64,000 nt of DNA from Atractiella rhizophila (Eukaryota), in contig MU271264.1 of NCBI GenBank assembly GCA_021432655.1, forward strand, positions 1 through 64,000. Direction: 5' to 3'. Positions 1 through 13,503 of this stretch are shown in pieces. Under the pieces are notes generated by a model. It made no database searches. It was not told where the DNA came from and saw only the letters and a program-made list of their open reading frames with translations. A program made the translations under genes and the position numbers. Position 1 is the stretch's first letter. Each line of letters begins with the position of its first letter.

Positions 1-51
1 GAGGAGAAGAGGATTGCAGAAGTGTGGAAAAGAAAGCAAAGAAGCAAAAAG

Positions 52-133
52 CGACGTTGGTAGGATTCGAACCTACGCGCCCGAAGGGCAATGGTTTTCT
101 AGACCATCCCAGTAACCACTTTGGTACAACGCC
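52..133 (-). tRNA. tRNA-Ser, anticodon AGA, intronless, long variable arm
   Basis: The reverse complement folds as a cloverleaf: acceptor GGCGTTG/CAACGTC plus discriminator G, D-loop AGTGGTTA, anticodon stem ATGGT/ACCAT with loop CT-AGA-AA, variable arm GCCC-TTCG-GGC, T arm GTAGG-TTCGAAT-CCTAC. A T-run (plus-strand AAAAA, 46-50) lies just downstream as a Pol III terminator. Confidence 0.93.
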
Positions 134-296
134 GATTGAAGATCCATTGTGTTGTTTGCATTTACACCCTAAATGTCCAACAAAGAAAGTTTGTTCCGAG
201 CCTTCTAGCCGATTTGTGGCTTCCGTGTTTTCCGACCTGGATTCTCCTCTTCTTTGCTAGCTTGTAAGTCCCCTCCCGACTCTCTCACGACAAACA

Positions 297-844
297 ATGG
301 CCGCCAAAAAAGACCACCCTTCTGGACGTGTTGCTCTGCGCACGCGCAAATCTTACAACACCAAGTCCAACCGCCGAAGAATCATCAAGACACCCGGTAC
401 GCTCTCCACTTGCATCGGAGTGGTTGAATTGGAGATTGTCATGTTGAGGGAGTGAAGGAGGATGGTTCTGATGTGTGTTGGATGGGATAGGCGGAAAACT
501 TCGATTCCTGAGGCTCAAGAAGCCCGCTTCGAAACCCAAGTGTGGAGATTGTCACGTCGCCCTTCCCGGTGTTCGTCTCCTTACATCCAATATTCACGGC
601 ACATCTCACGAAAGATGATTGGTCTAGATCCCTGCCCTCCGTCCCCGCCAATACGCCACCATTTCTAAGCGTCAGAAGACCGTCAACCGAGCTTACGGAG
701 GATCGCGATGCGCTAAGTGCGTTAAGGAGAGGTATGTTTTCTCCTTTCCATCACTCTAACGAGGTTTGAACCATGAGGGACAGGATTGTAAGGGCGTTCT
801 TGGTTGAGGAAGCCAAGATCGTGAAGAAGCTCTCAAAGGCTTGA
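297..844 (+). CDS. RPL34: 60S ribosomal protein L34 (eL34), 4 exons
   Basis: Spliced translation: MAAKKDHPSGRVALRTRKSYNTKSNRRRIIKTPG|GKLRFLRLKKPASKPKCGDCHVALPG|IPALRPRQYATISKRQKTVNRAYGGSRCAKCVKER|IVRAFLVEEAKIVKKLSKA*. Contains the classic L34e motifs. Confidence 0.95.
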
Positions 845-2138
845 AAAGTTATGGGGAGGGAGAGTTGTATGCCGCAGCGTTTCGATTTGAGCTCATGCAA
901 TATTGCATTATGTTTTCATGCCTTCGAAGGTGATTAGGTGGAAATGCTGAAACTGCTGAGAAAGATCAAGTGAGCCCTTGCTTCCCTTGGTTAGAACGTG
1001 GAAATTGGTCGATGGTTCAATCGCTCCCAACCTTCTGTGAAGGCTCGATCGTCCTGTTTACTGCAATAGCTCCGATGACCTTTGTTCAAGCCTCGAGACT
1101 GCTTCTTTATAACCAATTAAGCTGTCGATCCTGTCCTAACAGTGGGGCTCCTGGATTCCTCATTAGTTGAGGCTATTTGCCAACCTAGTTCATTCGTGCT
1201 GATGCTCACACACTCAATGACCCCCTTAGTTGTTGTGTACTGTAATAAAGCATAAAGTCTGGCTAGCTATCCAGTTATTTTGTCGTGATACTCGCATGTC
1301 CAGAGTCTGTCCGGGTCGCATAACCGAGCACTGGTTCTTTGCCAGCACATGACGATGGCTCTCTTGATCTAACAGCAAGCTTGCCTGATGCAATTCATTC
1401 TAGTATCAATGCCACACCACCGCAATGAACATTTATACCGTTGCCTTATATTTATTGGAGTGCCAGCAATGCGTTCTGTAGAGATTTTTGTAGAAGGCAA
1501 TGTGAGAGAGTAGAATGAACGGGGAAGCGATTCGACAGGGAGACGCCACTTACCGTAGCACCTCTAGGCCTGCGCATCTTCAAATGAGGGCAGAGATGAA
1601 GAGATTGCTGCAATTGTGATCGAGATCATGAGAGGCGATAAGAGAGTTAGGTTGCTGCGAGTCGCTCGTTCCCTCAAATGAAGTATACACAAGTTGGATT
1701 GCGCTCAATCAGCATTTCAACTGGTGCTCCTCCTGGCGAGCGGCGTTCACATTGTGACCGCCGTTTACCTCATGGTACGTTAGGTGGGGCATCATGGAAG
1801 TGCTTGGATTAGATCGATGAAGCACAAAGCACTGACTTTGCTGGATACATTTAGCCACACATTGGCATCTTTGAAGCTATCGACACATCACTTCATCGAA
1901 GTCTCATCGATTGCATCACCACACTCTCCTCCTGCTGTTTGAATAGTCCATCATTGTTTCTCAGCGTCTCTCCTTAGCTAACCCCGCAGGATCGACTCGA
2001 CACCGTGACTTTTTTTGTGACCCAACACGCGTCCATGCCCATCATTCTAGACTGGCCCTACGTGGAGTGGTCATATAAGATCATGCGTGGCTCAACTACC
2101 AACCTCTCAGCAAGTCACTACTTGCCGCTTATTCCACA

Positions 2139-3816
2139 ATGAAGCGACTTGTCACCATTTATATCGCTACCTGGCTGCTGAGACCTGCTCAAGCTGCCCT
2201 CAAGGATGTCTATGCACATTACATGGTCTCCCGTTTTCGCTACATCATTGACAGTGTTCTTACTAATTGTCTTCCACAGGTTGGCTCGACGAATGCTGAT
2301 CATGCCGTGACTGATGTCCAGCAGGCAAAAGCACTGAGTATTGATTGTTTCCTTTAAAATGCGCTTGAATCTGACGCAATAAAGCTAGACATCGACGCTT
2401 TTGCTCTTAACATTCAATGGGGCACAGATCAACCGTGGCTCGTAACCGCACTGTCTAATTTATTCAATGCCGCAGTCAATAACAATTTCAAGCTTTTCTT
2501 CTCCTTCGACATGGCAACGCAAGGCAACCTAGACGTATACCTCCCTTTCTTCAGGCAATACGTTTCCAGTTCTGCTTACCACCGTCACTCGAATCTTCCC
2601 ATAATTTCCACATTTTGGGGATCGGGACTTGGGAACGATTACTACGCAAACAACTTGCGGCAGACCCTCAAAAACGAAGGCTACGGAGACGTGTATTTCT
2701 TGCCTGCCTTTTCCGATTATTCTGGCGGCCCATCTGGGTTTTGGAACGCGTTTCCGACTGTGGACGGAATCTTCAACTGGGAGGCATGGCCGACGGTGGA
2801 TCAAGGGAATGTTAACGTCAGTAGTGCGGTGGACCAACAATGGTTGAATGGCGCCAGATCGGCTGGAAAGACGTTCATGATGGGTTCGTTCCGAAACTGA
2901 AACTTGGGTGTTGTGTACTGACCAAAGGCCTAAATGCAGGTTTGTCTACTGTACAGTTCAAGCACATCGATGGTGGACAAAATTGGTATAGGTACTTTTT
3001 TTCATCTATCTTTCGTGGTAACCCAGCTCATACCGTGAAATGTGAAAAGGTGAACTGAACTATGGGCTTCGTCTTGGTCAAATACTTGCTCTCCAGCCAG
3101 ATTTTGTAGAGATTAGTGGGTCTTTCTTACCAACATCCATTCTGCACTGACCAAATCATATGATAGTAACTTGGAATGATGCTGGGGAGAGCCATTACTT
3201 CGGTAAGAGAAGTTTTACAGGTGGCGGAAATGCCCTCATGAAAAGTCTCAGGGAATGTTTGGCCAGAAAGCATCGCTGGTTCAGGTCCGTCCTCTCCTTT
3301 TGTCTTTTCCCCTGGTAATTAACGTGCGAGTAAGTGATTGGTCAATACACGGATGGCTACCCCCATGACGGTTGGCAAGCGGTCCTGTCCTCCTTCATCA
3401 CTGCTTATAAAGCTGGATCCACAAGTACGAGCTCGCTCGTGCCAACCACTTCCGCCTCTGTCGTTGGAACGTTCTGGTACCGTCCCCTGCTTCGATCGGC
3501 AACCTGCAATGGAGATTCGCTGGGAAAACCCTCTGGTTGGCAGAACGCTGAAGATACCATCAATATTGCCATTCTCGTCGCTCAAAACGCAGTTGGAGGC
3601 ACCGTCAACGTTTTCAGCGGTGGTGCCCAGATTGCTAGTTACTCTGGAGCCAAATTGGGATTGAACGCTTATGCTGTTCCTGGCGTCAGAACAGGAGCTG
3701 TGAGAGTGCAATTCCTCAATAGTGCTGGCGCGAGTATCATCGATGTGAGTGGTGCGAGGGATGTCGTGGCGGACTCTTCCTACTGCAATTTCAACTATCA
3801 AGTTGTTGGAATTTGA
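2139..3816 (+). CDS. Secreted glycoside hydrolase family 71 (alpha-1,3-glucanase/mutanase), multi-exon
   Basis: Signal peptide followed by GH71 motifs VYAHYMV, IDAFALNI, FKLFFSFDM, DGIFNWEAWP, PDFVE..TWNDAGESHY, GYPHDGW and FWYRP; ends CNFNYQV. Confidence 0.9.
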
Positions 3817-4233
3817 TTATTATCGATCGATCAACAGGCTTGCGAACTTGATTATTTGTTTGTTATGATCCCACAACATTCGCCGAAATTTTCCTGTCTA
3901 TTTTTACCTTCCAAGACGTCAATACAATGTTCTACTTTGGTCCCATCATCTTCGAGCTCATCAATGATTGTGTTCGCCGTCAAAAAGTCGCGCTGCACTT
4001 CGTCAGAGACTGCCTTTGCTCGTTGTCAGCCTGCAATTGACTGGATATAGCGGCATACGCAACAGTTTTATTAACTTGGCATTTACCCATGACCCATGAG
4101 ATTCGTGAGGCCCGTGTAATAGATCTGTATGATCGTAAAAAGCACGACGTCCCAAACGCCAGCGGAGTGCACGTGCACGTGACAGCGTGACAAGCACTTC
4201 TCCCGCGAAATCTCTGAATCGTTACAACAAACA

Positions 4234-7200
4234 ATGGCTCTTCCCGCGAGCCTTCTTCAGGCGCTCTTCTCCCTCTCCCTCCCGGCTGACCGCGCCTCAA
4301 CACTATGGCTGCGCTCTTTCTACGTGGTCGACGGCAGGGACACGCTGCCAAACGCGGTCTGGGAGGACCGAAGGGTGGAATGGTGCGTTGGCGCCGTATT
4401 GGATGGAGATGACGACTTGGATGGAGCAGAAGGACTCATGGATGTGGACGTGGAAGGGGAAGTGGGACAGCACACGGAGAGTAAGTCTTCGAGCGGGAGC
4501 GGAAGCGTCGTTCTGCTTGACCTACCCCCTGGAAGGGGTAAGCGTAAACGTAGTGTGGTCGAGCTGGACGACTCGGATGAAGTTGTTCTTACTGGTGGAA
4601 ACGGGAACGAAAGGGCGAAGAAGAAGCAGAAGGAGGATAAGAGATTGGAGAGAGGAAAGGAGAGAGAGGAGGAGGAGGAGGAGGAAGAGATTGATTGGTG
4701 CAATGAGGAGGAAAGGGCTATAGAAGGGGTCGATTACGAACATGCTTGGTACGTTCGTGCTCTCGCCTCGTTAGTGATGGGAATTAGGGTGTGAAGAGAC
4801 GAGAGGAAACTGAGAAAGCTTGGCTCCTAGTAGGGAGTTCTCTTTGTGTGGAAAGCATTCGTGTATAACGTTCCACTCCGTCTGCTTGAGTCTCTTATCC
4901 TCATTGGTAGTTAAGTACGCGCAGGGAGGTGGGACATTGCCCTGCAGACTCTCAAGCTCTTCACCGCTGACATGAGGAGGTGAACGCAATAAAGAAATAA
5001 CATCCTGGTGAAGGAGTAGCCACCTTCATGGAGCAGAAGTAGCTTTGCCGTATCAGTGTGAACCTATTGGCCTTTACTTCCCTGGGTTCTGTGTGGCCTA
5101 AGACAATTAGCTCAAAGTCGTGCTAAGAATATTGGCGGTATTGAAACGACAGAGAAATACATGAAAGAAAGTCGTCATTCGTATCGAAGCTGAGATTCGC
5201 CCTTTCCTGGATGTGATGCTCTATCGTAGGGTTTTTGTCAACTTTTTGATTTACGCGGTTTGACAATGAGAAAATGGACAGCTGCGAAAGCTAGATGTCT
5301 CCCTGAACAACTTATTCTCTCTTCTCGCCAACAGTATTTCCCTATTCTAACTACTACGATGATCAATCACCTATTTTTTTGTTGTTGTAGAAGTAAAACC
5401 TTTTTAGTAACAAAACAAGCCTGTTCCTGAAGCTGCTTCTTTACAAAACATTGGCCATTGGCTCCTCGTTGTAGAAATCCTTAATGTGGGTCACAAGGGA
5501 GAGAACGACTATATCTCAACAACTGAACTGACCTAACTACTTTGTGTTATTCATCCCATATTTTCACCCAAACTCGACAGCACAGTGGCATGAATGCCAG
5601 CGGTCTGATCTTTCTGAGGTACCTCCCAGTTGGTTTAACGAGATGTGTTCTTTCTCTACTCACAGCTTCTCCGGTTGAATATTTCTCATATTGACACTGG
5701 AGCAGTCTCGAAGCCCTCTTTTCGGACTTCCCACGAATATCGAAGGTCTACATACGCAAAGTTTGCAGGGACCATGGTGGATACTACGCTTCGACGTTCT
5801 TCAAACTTTCCAAAGATTCCGAAATGGAACGACCGCCGTTCGAATGGCTGAAAATCGAGCGAAAGGGGAAGAAAGCGAGCGTGTTGCAGGTCGATGATCT
5901 TGTTCGCGAGAGATTAGAACGAGAACGAGAGTGGTGTAGAGCAAAAAAAGGTTCGTGCTTGATCCTCATTCATTCAGCTCGATGATGAATGTTCGGATGT
6001 CTCTGCAGTCAAGGATGCACAAAGACGTGAAAAGGAGCACCGGGAACGATCGGAGAGGTTGGAACGGGAACGCATGAAAGCAATCGTAGCAGGCGATGAA
6101 CAGCTGGCGAGGGAGTTAGCGGAGCAAATGGAGAGCGGAGAAGGTATTGGAATTGATTGCGGGTGAGGTTCAATCGGCAGTCTTCAAGCTAAAGTTGACC
6201 ATGGAGGATCAGTTGCTGCTACGGCTCCTATGGTTTCAGCGAGATGATCCAATGCAGAGAGGGCCATCTGTTCTGCAAGGATTGTGTGATTCGATATTGC
6301 CAGGAACAGATCGGGAACCAAAAGGCGGTACGCGTCGCCTGTCGCAGTGGTAGTATTCTGCAATCTGCTTGCTTATGGACCGCTGCAGAGCATCAATTGC
6401 ATCGACGCAGACGGCTGCGACGATTATTTCCCTGATCAAGAAGTAGAAAGAGTGCTACCAGAGAAGGAACTGAAGCTACTACAAAGAATACGGCAAAAAA
6501 TTGAGCTAAATGCTGCCAACATCCAGGGACTTGAGGAATGCCCGTGGGTCCCTTTCTGCATCTTACCGACAACATGTGGCATTATCTCTGCATCTGATAG
6601 ATTCTGCCCTTTTGCGATGGTAATCGACAATCCGGAAGAGAAGGTGTTCCAATGTCAGAAGGAAGACTGCATGAAGATATCGTGCCGGAAGTGCAAGAAG
6701 GTCATTTCTTCTCCCTCATCGCAATATCGGGGAGACATTGATGCGGAACGCAGGAGAGCCATTTGCCGAAAACTTGTGAAGAGGTGGATCAAGATAAGAA
6801 GATTGATGGTCTCCATCAAGTTGAAGAAGCCATGTCTGAAGCACTTCTTCGAGTCTGTCCGAATGAACGCTGTAAGAATCGATTCATTAAAGAGGACGGG
6901 TAAGCATCTTCCTCACCACTTCTTTAACGCAGTTTGCTGACGCTGCCTCCCTGTAGGTGTAATAAGATGTGGTCTGTTTGTTTTCCTGATGCGCTTCTTA
7001 GCTAACGGGCGGCGCTACAGGTGCCCGTCATGTCGCACTAGTTCATGCTGTCTGTCTCCTTTCTGCTATGTTTCTGCTGCGAACGATCGAACATTGTCTG
7101 ATATGCAGACCTCTGTGGAGCCGTCGTCAGCGATTACAGCCACTTCAGGAATGCAGGCGGTATGCCTCTTGTTTGAGGTCCTAATGTTGTCTGTCTAACC

Positions 7201-7856
7201 TTTGGAATTTTAGCGAACTATGCTGGCGCTCCTAATTCAAATGCTCAATGCGGTACATCTCTACGTTATTTCTAATCCAGAAACACACTGTATACTGATT
7301 GTCACACCTGCTATGTGTAGATCTTTGGGATGACAGCAGGATGAAAGACCACAATCGGGTTGAAGAAGCGCGTCAGCGAGTTGCAGCAGAAGGTGGGTAT
7401 CCTTTCCTCTTCGTCGAGATGACCTACTCGCATTGATTTGTGGTCTCTAGTTGCGGCGAACAATGAGGCAGTAACGACTGAAGACGTCCAACGTCTCGCG
7501 AATGCAGCTCCAATTCCAAACAGACGCTACGACATGAATCCAGTCCTTCCATTTGGCGCTCGTCCAGGCGCCGCACCTCAGATACAGTGTGCGTATCCCT
7601 CTTTTCCAGCTAATGCAATTCTAAGAGCACCTGCAAAAAGACGCGAATATGTTTGGCCATGGATTAGCACAGCGTGTGTTCATTGCATTCTGCCTAGGAC
7701 CTTGCACTCAAACTGGGCATAGGGCTGGCATTCCCCCAACCTCAAATTAACGCCCCTATGCTCGCTTTCAATCCAGGACGCGGAGCTGAGATGCTTCGTC
7801 CCGTCATCCATGTTGCACGTGCTCCAGCCCGTGGGAGAAGGGCGAGGAGAAGATAG
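4234..7856 (+). CDS. RBR (RING1-IBR-RING2) E3 ubiquitin ligase, RNF216/TRIAD3-like
   Basis: Exon 1 (4234-4748, acidic) splices in frame across a 957-nt intron to LEALFSDFPRISKVYIRK. RING1: CGCCY...QCREGHLFCKDC...CIDADGC. IBR: CPFCPF...FQCQKEDCMKISCRKC...HLPKTC. RING2: CPNERC...IKEDGCNKMWCPSC...CYLC. The 3' exons are less certain. Confidence 0.85.
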
Positions 7857-8073
7857 CTCAAGCAGAGTTGACCACTGTTCTCGTTCACAAATCACTATCA
7901 CATTTGTTGCATGTGATCATCTACTCATTTTCTCACGTTTTTGCAATCGTAATGCTACGACTAATACTGTAACTTCTTCCTCAAATGCACATGATGCGAA
8001 GTCACGTTCGTCAAGTGGCGCTGTGTGTGAACGCCAGCGATCATCTGAAAGTGGAACAACATCCACAATAAGA

Positions 8074-9210
8074 ATGAGAATTGTCGCGCCGCTTCGTCGA
8101 TTGTCCAGCGCTGCGCTCCCTCCGTCCCCCTTCCCGATTCTTACCAGCGTTTCCTCTGTGCGGTCATGGCGTTCAGAACAGAAGGAGCGTGGGAAAAGAG
8201 TTGGGTTTGTGCCTACAATGGGAGCGCTACATAAGGGACATTTAGACCTAGGTTAGAATTTGTGAGCCTCTTCAGCCTGTTATTGCTATGTATCCGGTTT
8301 TGGGATACTGGGTGTTGATTACTTGCTTTGTGGGTGGCATGAAGTGAACGCATCCCTCCAGAAGACGGATTCTACAGTCGTCTCCATATTCGTCAATCCC
8401 TCCCAGTTCGCACCTCATGAAGACCTCTCCACGTATCCACGCACTCTGAACTCCGACGTATCGGCGCTATCCTCCCTATCCCTCCCATCTTCTACCACTT
8501 ACAAAGACAATTTTGCTCTTTTCTTACCCCCAGTCTCAGAAATGTACCCCACTGGCATCGTCCAAGACGTGTCTCAGCAGCGAGGAGCGTTCGTAGAAGT
8601 TTCTGGTCTTCAGTCAGTATTGGAAGGGTGGACGAGACCAACATTCTTCCGCGGAGTCGCGACTGTGGTCACGAAGCTGTTCAACATTGTGACCCCTGAC
8701 ACGGCTTTCTTTGGGCAGAAGGATATTCAGCAGGCGCTTCTCTTACGTCGTATGCTGAAGGACCTACATTTCTCCTACCCCACACCGGAACGTTTGGTTA
8801 TTTGTCCTACCACGAGGGAGGGGGATGGACTGGCGATGTCCAGTCGGAACGCTTACCTCTCACCCGCTGAACGGAAGCACGCAACTATTCTTCATCGAGC
8901 CCTAAGAAGGGGAGAAGCTGAGATTGCGGCTCTGAAACAGGTGGGGTTACAGGATGCAAGGAGAGTGAAGAGCATCATGGAAAATTGCATCGAGGAAGGC
9001 GTACAGGCGGCGGCAACGGATGGAGTGAGCGCAAAGAGAGACTATGTAGCTGTTTGTGGGAGGGAGCTGGATGACCTCACGGAAGAAACGGAAAAGGATG
9101 CAAGAGGTGAAGATTCTAGAGCTGTTGTTCTCGTTGGAGCTATTTGGGTTGGGAAGACGAGGTTGATCGACAACCTTGTTGTGGGATGGAATCTGAACGC
9201 TGCTTCCTGA
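8074..9210 (+). CDS. PAN6: Pantoate--beta-alanine ligase (pantothenate synthetase)
   Basis: Motifs GFVPTMGALHKGH, VSIFVNPSQF, RPTFFRGVATVVTKLFNIV, FGQKDIQQ, REGDGLAMSSRNAYL and TRLIDN; one intron near 8251-8343. Confidence 0.95.
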
Positions 9211-9304
9211 CGGACAACCTTAGTTACTCCTTGACCTCAGTCTCATCAAAAGTATGATTAGTGGAATGTATTGTGCTTGAGTCCATTAACCAAGCTTATC
9301 TGAA

Positions 9305-10817
9305 CTACTCTTTCCCATCTTCTGGCCTTATCCATCCCCCTCCGTCCCTCCTCTGCCCCCTTGCTACCACCTTCACTGTATCACCGACTTGGACAACTCC
9401 CGCACTACTCTTTGGTATCGTGTTGATTCCGAAACATGGCGAATACTTGTCTGCAGGGTCTACGCGTCGGTAGGAGGAGATGATCTTGTACGGTACGGTT
9501 TTGGATGGAACTCCTGTGGCAGGATCAACATTTGGTAGCTGACACCTGTGCATCCCAGCAATCCCATCAATGAGAGCTCTCCCTGAGGTGAGGAGAAAAA
9601 GGGCAAACGGAGAAACGAGGCTCACCGTCCACACCTCGTTACAAGATTGAAGATGTCCTTCCCTTCTCCCACCTCCAACCGTATCCATCCATCCTCTTCC
9701 CATTCCTCTGCTCCTTTAACCACCACATTAGGCCGAAAGCGTTCAATGACGATTTCTTCGCTTCCTCCCTCCTTCCACAGCTCCCTCTCCTTCTCATTCT
9801 TGATAATTTTCCCCTCCTGGGCATCCAACCTCACCCGACTCCAGACGTGTTGGAACGATTCTCGAGTGGTGACGAGGAATGGATAGCCGTCAGCGAACGC
9901 GGTGTGCGCACCACCGTTCGAACCTTTCCCACTCCCATAGTCCACCTCGTATGTGATGGTATTCCTACCCACTGCTCTTTGTTGTGAGCCTTTTCGAACG
10001 AGCAATACTTCCTTCCCGAGGTATTTCGAGAGTGCCTCATCCAGCGAGGGTTGGGTGGATGTAGCGGGGACTACTACATGGTACCCGTCTGTGGTGGAAG
10101 ACCAGATTTGAATGTCTTCATAGCGGGTGGATGAGGAGGGTGAGGGATCGAGAGGGACAACGTAGGTTAAAGGACCAATGAGAATGGTCAATGTGCCTGC
10201 GTTTTGATTGACAACAGGGTGGATAAGAACCATCTAATGTCATCATTAGGACTCCTGCTTTGGCCGAAGTGAAAAGGAGGGAAGGACGCACTTGAGGATA
10301 TTCTCTCGCGGTGCATTGTTTATGAGTTGTCGCGTCCACTACTACCCAATGCCTGTCATACTTTGAACAGGAGATCAATATTAGGCGCCGAAGACCAAGG
10401 AGAGCGCAAGAAACACCGACTTTGAATCCTGTCTCGGTGTATTCACAGGACTCGAGCTTCGTGCCCTTGCAGCTCTTCACGCGACATCTTCAGCCACCTT
10501 CCTTCGTGCCAATAATCAAAACGAACGCACTTTAATGGGGTAGACTACAAATCGTGCAATGAGATTTTCGCTTCCTATAGGTGCTGAGAGAAGAAGGACG
10601 AACCACAGAACAACGACACAACAAACAACCGCCGCTCGACGACATCATCCTCCCTCAACAAGAAGCCGACGAGAGCATCCAGGACTGCTCGGAAGAAGAA
10701 CAAAACAACAAAAAAGAAGATGGCCACAAAGAAGAGAACAGACAACAAGAAGAAGGCAACAAGAAGGAAAGAAAAGAAGAAGAACGACACCAACAAGGTC
10801 GTTGCGTTCGTCGCCAT
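9305..10817 (-). CDS. MOSC_N + MOSC domain protein (mARC-like molybdenum cofactor enzyme) with hydrophobic N-terminus
   Basis: Spliced motifs YPIK|SCKG, YDRHWVVVD..TAREYPQ|MVLI, FADGYPFLV, IERFRPNVVVKG..W.EDGW, CGRCQLPNVDP.TG and FGIN...GVVQVGD. Exon 1 lies in a suspiciously T-poor tract. Confidence 0.88.
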
Positions 10818-13503
10818 TTTCTGGTATGCCTTTTTGTGGGAGAGGTGATAAAGATGAAGACTGAACGAATCCCTCTTTTATAATTTGTGGCTCTCGAATC
10901 GAATTTGACTTGCAAGTTCCAGTGCCGCTTAACCCTGCATTGAGTGGGTGGTGCAGACTCAGCCGAATCTCCACAATCCGCAAGATTCAACCTATCCTTC
11001 TTGTGAGCTCTCAACTTGACAGAAGGCAAAAGTCGCACGTTTCAATGCAGAAAGCTGTAAACAACAGGGATTCGTTGGCTGTCCAATCAATGAGCAACAA
11101 TTGCTGGTCGCTCCGAACCTTAAAACTTGAAACTTTTTTCAAATCAGTGCTCACTATTTGTTTTCGAATGTCCAAAGGAATACGGCGGCTCTCGAGAGGG
11201 TTGAGATATGGATGTGGGGGTCGCTAGACGGTGGGTGGTCGAATTGAACTGCCTTCTGACAGGAGAACTTTGCTTGCTTTCTCACCAATCTCACGATCGA
11301 TCTACCTATCTGTTTCCCCATGATGGTTGACCATGTCTCTGTGAGCCAATATTGTTGAGCACCTCTTCGGGAGCAATTCAGCAGCTTTTCCCGTGTTGCG
11401 ACACAATGCGTGCTGATTGACTCACAATAAGGGTTCATAATTTCAGGCTGGACGGCAACATTTTTGGATGAAAGATCATGAAGTTGGATCAAAAGGCTTA
11501 CATTGCGCATGATAGATAACCATTAGTAGCTAAGTCTTTGTTCGAAACTTCGGTCGGTTTTGACATGTCTGATCTGGTTTCATTGAGGTCTCTGGTTCCC
11601 CTAGCTCACTTCGATCGATCATGATCATGATGAGAAGGTCAGGAATATTATAATCGGTTGTCATTATCAAATCGAAATCTACGTACTACTCTGCGTGTAT
11701 CTCCTCTTATTTCATGGATTAGCACAAGAAGAGCGCCGGGCGTTGCTAGTTTCGGCTTGGACAGACGAGTTATGTTGATCTTTGGTGTCGTGAACGTTTC
11801 TTGCCGCGCGAACCGAGCAAAGAGGCGGAGGCGGAGGATACGATACAAGCAGGATGGTTGGGGCTTGCACTCAACGGTCCCGCGGAAAGAGCATCGAGAC
11901 CAAGAACATTGAGCCTGGCTCGTCACGATCGCGACCTGACGCGATGTGAGGTTTTTGTTTGCTCTGGTAGTCTTTCCATCTGTTTCGTACAGACTTGCCC
12001 GATGAGGATATCGCAACCTCTCCATTTTAGGCTACTGCAGTTCAAGTTCTCAAAAAACACTTGAAGAAGAGTTCCCTACCCACGCCATGCAGAAACAAGC
12101 GTTGGCTTCATCGGGAGGACGATGAGGTACCGGCGAAGATACGGGTATGGAACATGATCCAGAAGGGACGATTTGGGTGTCAGTGCGCTTAACGGGCTCA
12201 ACGTGAACATGGAACTTCTTATTTCGGCGCAAGAGAGAGGAGGAGCGAACCGGAGCTCCTATTTGGCGTGGTAAAAACTTGAGGGCCACGATTGGCAACT
12301 TGGAGAAGACTCCAAAAATGCCAGCCAACGACGCAACTGCAACCCCGTGACCCCGATCTCGCCGACGAATTTATGACCCCTTGTTCTGCTCGATCGCCCT
12401 TGTCCTGCTCGATCGCTTGATTCGCTTCGCTTGCGCTGAAATGATCATTGCTTCTTGGCTACTGATTGCCCGCTTCCCCGCTGGATTATTACTGTACTCT
12501 CATAAGCGATCGATAAAGGTCCTAGCGGGGAGATGGGACGGGACACAATTAACAACTGACGACAGAATCCAAAAGAAACCGGGGGACGATCTTCATTGTA
12601 TTTCATTAAGAGTAGCCGTCATACCACATTGGCTAACGACAATGGCCATTGCAGTTGTCCTGGCTCCCCTTCACTACTGCAGTGCTTGCAATGGTCGCTG
12701 GTCTAGTCGTCTGACCTTCGATGGACCAGAAGACGAGAAGGTGCAGGGACGAACGAAACAAGCTTTCGCTTACGCGCAAAGTTTGCATGTGACACGCGAC
12801 ACACCGATAAACTCAGGCGCTGCCGACTTGGAAAATACAACCGGGTTGAACGTACAAACGTTGATTTTTCCGTTCCCTTGTTCCACCAACTTTGCGTCGT
12901 CTCGATCGCAGTCTTGTGCTTGATAGCTTCCAGCGAAGCACGCTAGAAATGGCAATTGTTTATTTAAGATTTTTCTCAGAATTAGACAAACCCTTCCTTT
13001 CCAATTATCTATCTATCTAAAGGGTGGGTTTAAGGCGTGACCACTTCTGGAGATTGACAAATCTGCTTATCCCCAAGATTTGACTGTGGAAGGCTTCGCC
13101 ATGTGCTGCTGAGACAAAAGAGCCAGAAGCGAGGTCTTGTGAGATTTTCCTCGTTGTTTCATCCGAAGCACCGCTGTACGTTTTGAGTTGGGATGAGCGA
13201 AAGCTTGGAGGGAATAATGAGTGAAATGGGTCGTTGTCACGGAATATAGACCAGTGAAGGTTCTCTCTTAGGCTGCCATTTTTCCGGGGCAAAAATAAGC
13301 GATCTGTCTTTGTAGGTCCCGTCTTCCAAACCGCAATACCTGCGGAATGCTCGGTTGTAACGTCAAAAATGTACAGCTGGGAAGGACACCGCATGACGGT
13401 CGCCCGCGGACGATCAGGAGAAGTGATCTCAAATCTCGAACTGAGTTTAGAGACCTGCCGAAAGCTTTTCGCTTCTCGGGCGATTGATGGAGATCCCTGC
13501 AAT

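Noticed and set aside
5585..5620. AATGCCAGCG resembling part of a TPP riboswitch
   Set aside because: The other aptamer elements are absent or in the wrong order, and the host gene is unrelated to thiamine.
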